Assembly (NCBI GenBank): GCA_964352485.1
Contig: CAYGTG010000001.1
Coordinates: 1-35,675, forward strand
DNA: 35,675 bases
Direction: 5' to 3'
Origin: an uncultured Nannocystaceae bacterium
Lineage (GTDB): Bacteria; Myxococcota_A; Polyangia; Nannocystales; Nannocystaceae
The position numbers were made by a program, and so were the translations under genes. The notes under the pieces were generated by a model that was given only the letters and a program-made list of their open reading frames with translations, searched no databases and was not told where the DNA came from. Positions 10,736 to 16,359 of the stretch are shown here, in pieces (within the stretch, counting starts at the first letter, position 1; the number at the start of each line of letters is the position of its first letter).

Positions 10736-10788
10736 GACAAAGCACCTCCCCCATTTCCACCATCTCCGCCATCTTCATTATCTCCGTC

Positions 10789-12174
10789 ATGGCCACCGAC
10801 GAAAAGTCCGCGTTGTACAAGCAGCTCGTCGAGCAGGCTGACCCCTGGCTGGTGCTCGAGCGCATGCGCGAGCTGGGGTTTTGGCCCGAGGATGAATCGA
10901 TCCCCGAGGAGAGTCCGCCCGCCGCCAAAGAACGCGTGCGGCTGGACGACGAGCTGCAGCGCTTGCGTTCCAAGGGCACCACCGTGGCCGATCCCGACGC
11001 GGCGCTGCAAAAGGAGCGGATCCGTCGCTGGAAGGAGAGCAAGAAGCGGCGCGCGCTGGCCCGGGCCGACCGCATGGCGGAAGCCAAGAAGCGGGCCGAG
11101 GCCTGGGCAACCTGGTCCAAAGTATCCTATGTCCACGCCGGCGCCGGGGTGAGCGGTGGCCTCGAAGGCCGAGACAGCGATGCGGCCCGGCTGGCGCGAC
11201 ACGAACTGCCCTTGCTGAGCCGGCCCGAAGAACTGGCCGACGCGATGGGAGTGCCGCTCCAGAAGCTGCGGTGGCTGACCTTCCATCGGCGCAGCGTGAC
11301 GCTGGTGCACTACCACCGCTTTGCGATTCCGAAGAAGACCGGCGGCCAGCGACAGATCAGCGCGCCCAAGCCAGCGTTGGCTCGGGCACAGCAATGGATC
11401 CACGACAACATCTTGGCGCGGGTCGCCCCTGAGGATCCAGCGCACGGCTTTGTTCCCGGTCGCGGCGCTCGCACCAATGCGCTGCCCCATGTCGGCCGCG
11501 CCGTCGTGGTCAACCTCGACTTGAAGGACTTCTTTCCAACGGTTGGGTTTCGCCGGGTCAAGGGGTTGTTCGCGCAGCTGGGGTACGCCGAGTCGGTCGC
11601 GGTGGTGTTGGCGTTGCTCTGCACGGAGCCGCCGCGCGTTCAGGCGGAGATCGACGGGCGGGTGCTTCATGTCGCGCTCGGTGATCGCGTTTTGCCGCAA
11701 GGCGCATGCACCAGTCCCGCGATCACAAACTGCATCTGCCGACGGCTCGATCGTCGGTTGCGAGGCATGGCCGCGCACTCAAACTTCACGTACACCCGCT
11801 ATGCCGACGACCTCACCCTTTCCGGTGACGACCCTGGCCGTTTGGGAGGGTTGCTCGGCGCCGTCCGGCGCGTCGTTGGCGAGGAGGGCTTTGTCGTCAA
11901 CGAAGCGAAGACGCGGGTGATGCGTCGTGCTCGGCGCCAGGAAGTCACGGGGCTCGTCGTCAATGACAAGGTGGGACTGTCGCGAAAGCAGCGGCGAACG
12001 CTACGGGCCATGCTGCACAACGTCGCGCGCAATGGTCTGGCGGCCGAGAATCGCCACGGACACCCAAAGTTCCGCGAGTACCTGCAGGGCATGGTCGCCT
12101 ATGTGTCCGCTGTCGACCCCGACAACGCTGGGCGTTGGCGTGCGGCTTTGCGCGATGCCTTGCACCCTTCTTGA
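10789..12174 (+). CDS. ret: Retron-type reverse transcriptase with a myxobacterial-style N-terminal extension
   Basis: 461 aa. RT blocks: FAIPKKTGGQRQISAP, VVVNLDLKDFFPTV, LPQGACTSPAITN, and YTRYADDLTLSG (YADD box). It also has the retron-typical VTG block (RQEVTGLVVND). About 140 aa of charged, helical sequence precede the RT core. Confidence 0.93.
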   Translation: MATDEKSALYKQLVEQADPWLVLERMRELGFWPEDESIPEESPPAAKERVRLDDELQRLRSKGTTVADPDAALQKERIRRWKESKKRRALARADRMAEAKKRAEAWATWSKVSYVHAGAGVSGGLEGRDSDAARLARHELPLLSRPEELADAMGVPLQKLRWLTFHRRSVTLVHYHRFAIPKKTGGQRQISAPKPALARAQQWIHDNILARVAPEDPAHGFVPGRGARTNALPHVGRAVVVNLDLKDFFPTVGFRRVKGLFAQLGYAESVAVVLALLCTEPPRVQAEIDGRVLHVALGDRVLPQGACTSPAITNCICRRLDRRLRGMAAHSNFTYTRYADDLTLSGDDPGRLGGLLGAVRRVVGEEGFVVNEAKTRVMRRARRQEVTGLVVNDKVGLSRKQRRTLRAMLHNVARNGLAAENRHGHPKFREYLQGMVAYVSAVDPDNAGRWRAALRDALHPS

Positions 12175-12215
12175 TCCCGAGCTTGATCCCGAGCTTGATC
12201 CCGAGCTTGATCCCG
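12170..12215. repeat. 12-nt tandem direct repeat (cttgatcccgag, about 3.8 copies) between the RT and ARH genes
   Basis: Copies of cttgatcccg start at 12170, 12182, 12194 and 12206. The first contains the RT stop codon, each copy carries a GATC, and each carries a TGA in the RT frame. Confidence 0.9.
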
Positions 12216-12224
12216 CGCGTTCTC

Positions 12225-13367
12225 ATGTCCAAAAAAGAACAGCTCACATTTTTGCAGTCCGAGCCGGGTCATGACGCGGGAGAAGACGGTCCCCCGGCCG
12301 GCGATGGCTTGCGGGATGATGGCTTGGCACAGGACGCCCCCGCGGCAGGCGCACCGTCGCAGGCCAAGATCATTCCCGAGCTGGACTGGCTTCCGCCTGC
12401 CCCCGCGCTCGACGCGATTGTGGGCCACCCGCGAACCAACCGGATGGCGGGCGCGGTGCTCGGCGGTGCGATCGGCGACGCGATAGGACACCCAACCGAG
12501 TTCATCGGATCGCTGGCACGGATTCACGAGGAGTACGGCCCCGACGGCGTGACCGGCTTTGAGCTTTTTTGGGAGCGAGACGGTCGCCGCTTCGCGCCGT
12601 ATACCGACGACACACAAATGGCCGAGGTGGTTCTTCGCGCCCTGCTGCAGGGGCGCCACGAGGGGGCCGATCTCGACGCGACCATGCGAATGATGGCCAC
12701 GGGCTTCATCCGTTGGAGCGACCATCCGCAGGGAGGTCATCGCGCCCCGGGCAACGCGTGCCTGAGTGGTTGCCGAGCATTGGCCCACGGCGCGCACTGG
12801 TCCGAAGCGGGGGGGGCGACCGCCGGTGGCTGCGGGTCGGTGATGCGCGCGTACCCCTTTGGTCTGGTCTTCTCTGGGGACCTCTCCAAGGCAGAGCGGT
12901 GGGCCGTCGCGCACTCACGCCTGACGCACGGGGATCCGATTGCGCTGGCCGCTTCGGCGGCGATGGCCGTGGGCATGGCCCGCATCGTCTCAGACGACCC
13001 GCTGGACACCGTGATTTCCGAGATGGTCGCCGCCGCGTGTCGCTACAGCCCCAAAACGGCGGGAATGATGGCGCATGCGATCGACGATGCCCAATCGGGC
13101 GTTCCGCCCACGGTCACCCTGGACCGCTTGCGGGCGTGGGCGGCACACGAGGCGATCGCCTCTGCGGTCTACCTCTTGGCGCGCCATCCCGACGATCCTC
13201 GGGCGGCGATCCTCGAGGGCGCCAACACCCCCGGCGACAGCGACAGCATCGCGACCCTCGGCGGCGCGCTCGTGGGGGCCCGCGTCGGCCTCGCCGCAAT
13301 ACCGACCGATTGGGTCCGCGACATCGAACGCAGCGAGGTCCTCTTGGCGCTGGCCGCCAGCGTGTGA
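12225..13367 (+). CDS. ADP-ribosylglycohydrolase family protein (ARH/DraG-like)
   Basis: The ATG at 12225 gives 380 aa. The track ORF instead starts at a TTG at 12135 and reads through the repeats. ARH motifs: GAVLGGAIGDAIGHPTEF, FAPYTDDTQM, GDSDSIATLGGALVGA. An N-terminal Pro/Gly/Asp-rich extension of about 85 aa looks disordered. Confidence 0.88.
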   Translation: MSKKEQLTFLQSEPGHDAGEDGPPAGDGLRDDGLAQDAPAAGAPSQAKIIPELDWLPPAPALDAIVGHPRTNRMAGAVLGGAIGDAIGHPTEFIGSLARIHEEYGPDGVTGFELFWERDGRRFAPYTDDTQMAEVVLRALLQGRHEGADLDATMRMMATGFIRWSDHPQGGHRAPGNACLSGCRALAHGAHWSEAGGATAGGCGSVMRAYPFGLVFSGDLSKAERWAVAHSRLTHGDPIALAASAAMAVGMARIVSDDPLDTVISEMVAAACRYSPKTAGMMAHAIDDAQSGVPPTVTLDRLRAWAAHEAIASAVYLLARHPDDPRAAILEGANTPGDSDSIATLGGALVGARVGLAAIPTDWVRDIERSEVLLALAASV

Positions 13368-13389
13368 AGCCCCATCAGGAGGTGCGGGA

Positions 13390-14064
13390 TCACTGCTCTG
13401 GACAAAGCGGGGTCGCCAGCGAGACGCCCTCGTTGTAGATTCGATGCTCGGGCAGCCGCTCACGCAGCGCGTCCTCGAGGGCACCGGCGATCCGGTAGGT
13501 GGCGTCCTCGTCTTGGCGAACCAGCGTGAGGGCGTTTCCACCTTTGGTCCGTCGTAGCACGTCGATGAGCCCCTCACCGCCGTCCTCGAGCCAGTGCTCG
13601 CGATCGATCTGCAGTGCCGGGACCGCGCCGCACGAGCGCCACTGCTCCTGTAGATCACTGCGGAAGCAGCATCGATTGACGATGCCAGCGTCGCCAGGCT
13701 CACCGGCAACCTCGATCTCGAAGACGCTGAACTGATCGAGCAAGCGCTCGAGGACTTCGCTCTGGCGCGGGGATCCACCGCGCCGGGTCGCATCCGCGCG
13801 CAGGTCCTCGAGGGCCTCCGCGAGTGCTTTTGCCCGTTGGGCTGCCTTCTGGCTGGTCTGCCGCGCCTCGGACAACGCGGCCTCCGCCCGGTCGCGGGCG
13901 CTGCGAGCCTCGGCGATCGCCTCGGAGTCGCTCGCCTCGGTCGAGGGCTCCGCCCGGGCGTCCGCGTCCGCGTCGGCATCCGTGGTGGTCGTCGTCGTCA
14001 TCGCGAACAACACGACCATGAAGACGTCGAGCAACGGGAGCATGTCGAGCCGCCGCTGTGCCAT
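13390..14064 (-). CDS. ExbD/TolR-like membrane protein with an inserted acidic/coiled-coil segment
   Basis: 224 aa. It has an ExbD-like N-terminal TM (LDMLPLLDVFMVVLFAM), then poly-Thr and DADADA, an Ala/Glu/Arg-rich helix and a C-terminal globular part. Its start overlaps the upstream stop (TGATG). Confidence 0.6.
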   Translation of the reverse strand: MAQRRLDMLPLLDVFMVVLFAMTTTTTTDADADADARAEPSTEASDSEAIAEARSARDRAEAALSEARQTSQKAAQRAKALAEALEDLRADATRRGGSPRQSEVLERLLDQFSVFEIEVAGEPGDAGIVNRCCFRSDLQEQWRSCGAVPALQIDREHWLEDGGEGLIDVLRRTKGGNALTLVRQDEDATYRIAGALEDALRERLPEHRIYNEGVSLATPLCPEQ

Positions 14065-14624
14065 CAGTCGGCCTCGGCGTCGGCGTCAAATCCGGCCAGC
14101 AGTGCGTCCCGGACCGCGGCGGCCGCTCGATCGAGGACCGACTCGGCCAGGCCGGCGAACATCGACAACACCACCGCCCCCACGAGGCCGAACATGGTCG
14201 TGCCCAGCGCGACGGGCAGCTGGGCACGGAACGCCTCACCGTCGCTGAAGTCGGCGCCGACCAAGGCAAAGACCGTGCCCAAGATTCCCAAGTGAACCGC
14301 GAGCTGGGCGAAACGTTCGATCCATCCAAGCTGTCGACGCAGGCGAATCAGCATGTGGGCCGCCTCCCCGACCCCCTCGCGCCCCAGCAGATGTGCGATC
14401 TCCTCGAACGACACCTCGACGACCGGTGCCGTCTCGAGTCGTCGACGAATGGGATGCTCTTGTGGCAGGTCGCGGCCGACCTTTCGCAGGACCGACAGGC
14501 CGCCACGCAGCGCGTCGAACTGACGCCGCGTCCCGTGGACCCAGCGCGCTGCCACGCCGATCAGCCCCGCGACGACCGCAAGGACAAACAGCGCAGAGGG
14601 TTCGCGGAGGATGGTGCTCAGCAT
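14064..14624 (-). CDS. MotA/TolQ/ExbB proton-channel family protein
   Basis: 186 aa. Family signature: HLGILGTVFALVG...LPVALGTTMFGLVGAVVL. Confidence 0.8.
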   Translation of the reverse strand: MLSTILREPSALFVLAVVAGLIGVAARWVHGTRRQFDALRGGLSVLRKVGRDLPQEHPIRRRLETAPVVEVSFEEIAHLLGREGVGEAAHMLIRLRRQLGWIERFAQLAVHLGILGTVFALVGADFSDGEAFRAQLPVALGTTMFGLVGAVVLSMFAGLAESVLDRAAAAVRDALLAGFDADAEAD

Positions 14625-14631
14625 GGACGGC

Positions 14632-15036
14632 TCATGAACTCAGCATCCGAACGTCGATCTCGGACTCCCGCAGGCACGCGCGGAAGTCTTGCACGACCTT
14701 GTGGGTCCCTGCAGTTCCGTCGACTTCTACTCGCGCGGGCCGGCCGTCGACCAGGGCAGCGCAGGCGTCTGGACACGAAACAGGTTCGGCGTCATCAACG
14801 GCGCACTGATCACTCTGCACGACAACCCTCGGGGCAGCTTCGGGGCCCTGTGGCGGCGGCGAATCCGGGGCCTCGGCTTCCCCGGGCTCAGCCGTTCCGC
14901 CAAGCCTTGCTCCGTTGCACTTGGGCAGGCCGATGCCGGCCAGCGCGACGCCTGCCGCGACGATTGCGCCAATGAGGAGCGTCGACTTGCGTGCTGACAC
15001 CGTCGGGACCATCTCCCAACGGGGCCGTTCGGACAA
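14632..15036 (-). CDS. Membrane-anchored hypothetical protein with a Pro-rich linker (possible ExbD/TonB-like accessory)
   Basis: 134 aa. It has an N-terminal TM (STLLIGAIVAAGVALAGIGL), a Pro/Glu/Ala linker and a small Cys-containing C-terminal domain. It ends 7 nt upstream of the ExbB-like start. Confidence 0.5.
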   Translation of the reverse strand: MSERPRWEMVPTVSARKSTLLIGAIVAAGVALAGIGLPKCNGARLGGTAEPGEAEAPDSPPPQGPEAAPRVVVQSDQCAVDDAEPVSCPDACAALVDGRPARVEVDGTAGTHKVVQDFRACLRESEIDVRMLSS

Positions 15037-15054
15037 GCGCAGAAGGACCTGCGG

Positions 15055-15357
15055 CTATTCGCGAACGGCGCTTTCAACGACCCGCTTCAGTTTCGCGATG
15101 GCACCGTCGACGGCCATGTCGACCGTTGAGCCGTTGTGCGTCACGGCGATCGGCTTTCGACCCTCGAGCCGAGCCTCCATCACGCACCGTTTGTCGCCTT
15201 GCCCGTGCTTGTCGCCGTCCGCGTCGCTGAGATGAACCTCCACCCGGGTGACATGCTCAGCAAGACTGCCCAAGTCGCTCTGAACCACCCCGGTCACATG
15301 AGCCGAAAGCTCCTCGGTTCCCTCGATATTGTGGTCCGTATTGATCTGAATCTTCAT
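15055..15357 (-). CDS. HPF/RaiA (YfiA) family ribosome-associated protein, short form
   Basis: The ATG at 15357 gives 100 aa (MKIQINTDHNIEGTEELSAHV...VEVHLSD...AVDGAIAKLKR). The upstream 22 codons of the track ORF look non-coding. Confidence 0.8.
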   Translation of the reverse strand: MKIQINTDHNIEGTEELSAHVTGVVQSDLGSLAEHVTRVEVHLSDADGDKHGQGDKRCVMEARLEGRKPIAVTHNGSTVDMAVDGAIAKLKRVVESAVRE

Positions 15358-15510
15358 CGTGGCCCCGAAAGACCCGTAGCACGGCCAGTTGTTTGTGCGC
15401 CGGCAACGATTTCGCGTCCTCAAACAATCCCAGCTTTTTCCGCGTCCGAGCGCGACACATCGGCGGGGACGCTGTCGTGTGGGTGAGGAGACCCGTCGCC
15501 TGCTGACCAG

Positions 15511-16359
15511 CTAGGGCGCATCCGGTTCCCCGAGAAGCCCGCCGAGGCTGATCTCCAGCTGGCTTCGCACCAGACGATCGATGCTCTCGAGTTCCTCGGG
15601 TGGAATTGCGGCCTGGGCCACCATGACCGCGTGCATGCGCTCCGTCAGCGAGGCCTTGGTCTTGCTGATCCAGCGAGCGACCGTCGCCCGGTGCACGCCG
15701 TAGACCACTCCAATCTTGTCGATGTTCAGCCCCTCGACGAAGTACATGCGAAGTACGGCGCGCTCCCGGTCCTCGAGCTCCGCGCACGCCTGCTTCAACC
15801 CTTTCGTGAGCACGGACGCGTATCGCTGCTTGAGATACTCCAGGTCGGTGGGAGCCCCTCCGGGAAACAGCACCGCGTCGGCCCATAGTAGTTCATCACG
15901 CTTCTCGCCACGCTTGGTCTCTCGAAGAAAACCCAGTCCGACCCGCGCCGCGGCGACGCGCACCCAGCCGATCAGCGGGCCCCGCCCTGCGTACGCGGCG
16001 ACGCGCGGCGCCGTTTCCCCGTCAGAGACCAGCAATCGAGCCCGCAATCGCTGCTGGGCCTCGTCCACAAACGCCGGATCGGAGTCGAGCCTGCGCAGCA
16101 CCGCGTCGGTTCGGCTGATGAACTCGGCCTCGAAGATCTTCAGCGCGATCGGGTGGCCCTTACCACATGCCCAAGCCAGAACGAGCTCGGCCCAGTGCAC
16201 CCCTTCGAGGTCGTCGACACCTCGGCTCTGCAAAGCGCTCGCGACGTCGGCCACGTCCAGGTTCAGCGTCGGCCAGCGGTCCGTGAGTTCGGACCACCGC
16301 GCCTGAAGTGCCTCTTGCACGATCTGAACGATACCATTGTCCGCCGCGCGAGCGCCCAT
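15511..16359 (-). CDS. ECF/sigma-70 family RNA polymerase sigma factor
   Basis: 282 aa. Region 4 HTH: RERAVLRMYFVEGLNIDKIGVVYGVHRATVARWISKTKASL. Region 2-like helices lie upstream. The start is uncertain, with an alternative GTG at 16323. Confidence 0.85.
   Translation of the reverse strand: MGARAADNGIVQIVQEALQARWSELTDRWPTLNLDVADVASALQSRGVDDLEGVHWAELVLAWACGKGHPIALKIFEAEFISRTDAVLRRLDSDPAFVDEAQQRLRARLLVSDGETAPRVAAYAGRGPLIGWVRVAAARVGLGFLRETKRGEKRDELLWADAVLFPGGAPTDLEYLKQRYASVLTKGLKQACAELEDRERAVLRMYFVEGLNIDKIGVVYGVHRATVARWISKTKASLTERMHAVMVAQAAIPPEELESIDRLVRSQLEISLGGLLGEPDAP

Noticed and set aside
10732-11778. 348-aa minus-strand ORF opposite the RT gene
   Set aside because: The plus-strand frame carries every RT motif, so the minus ORF is a shadow.
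12170-12215. Possible CRISPR-like array
   Set aside because: The repeats are 12 nt, directly abutting with no spacers, and number only about 3.8 copies. This is a simple tandem repeat, not a CRISPR array.
12135-12224. TTG-initiated extension of the ARH ORF reading through the tandem repeat (LIPSLIPSLIPSLIP)
   Set aside because: It overlaps the RT 3' end, uses a TTG, and translates a DNA repeat. The ATG at 12225 is preferred, but the extension cannot be formally excluded without data.
4032-13367. Interpretation of the retron cluster as a recently acquired mobile island or prophage fragment
   Set aside because: No integrase, transposase, tRNA attachment site, flanking direct repeats or compositional shift is visible. 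Codon style matches the flanks and the left neighbour is the housekeeping gene ligA. The cluster therefore looks chromosomal and old, as reported for myxobacterial retrons.
13390-14624. Possible Zorya-type (ZorAB) defence motor next to the retron cluster
   Set aside because: The MotA-like protein is only 186 aa and lacks the long ZorA tail. No ZorC, ZorD or ZorE-like genes are present, and the unit is on the opposite strand and convergent. It is more consistent with ordinary ExbB/ExbD paralogues.
15358-15510. Sigma-54 type -24/-12 promoter upstream of the HPF-like gene
   Set aside because: I looked for TGGCAC-N5-TTGC on the minus strand. Only loose partial matches in the wrong order were present.
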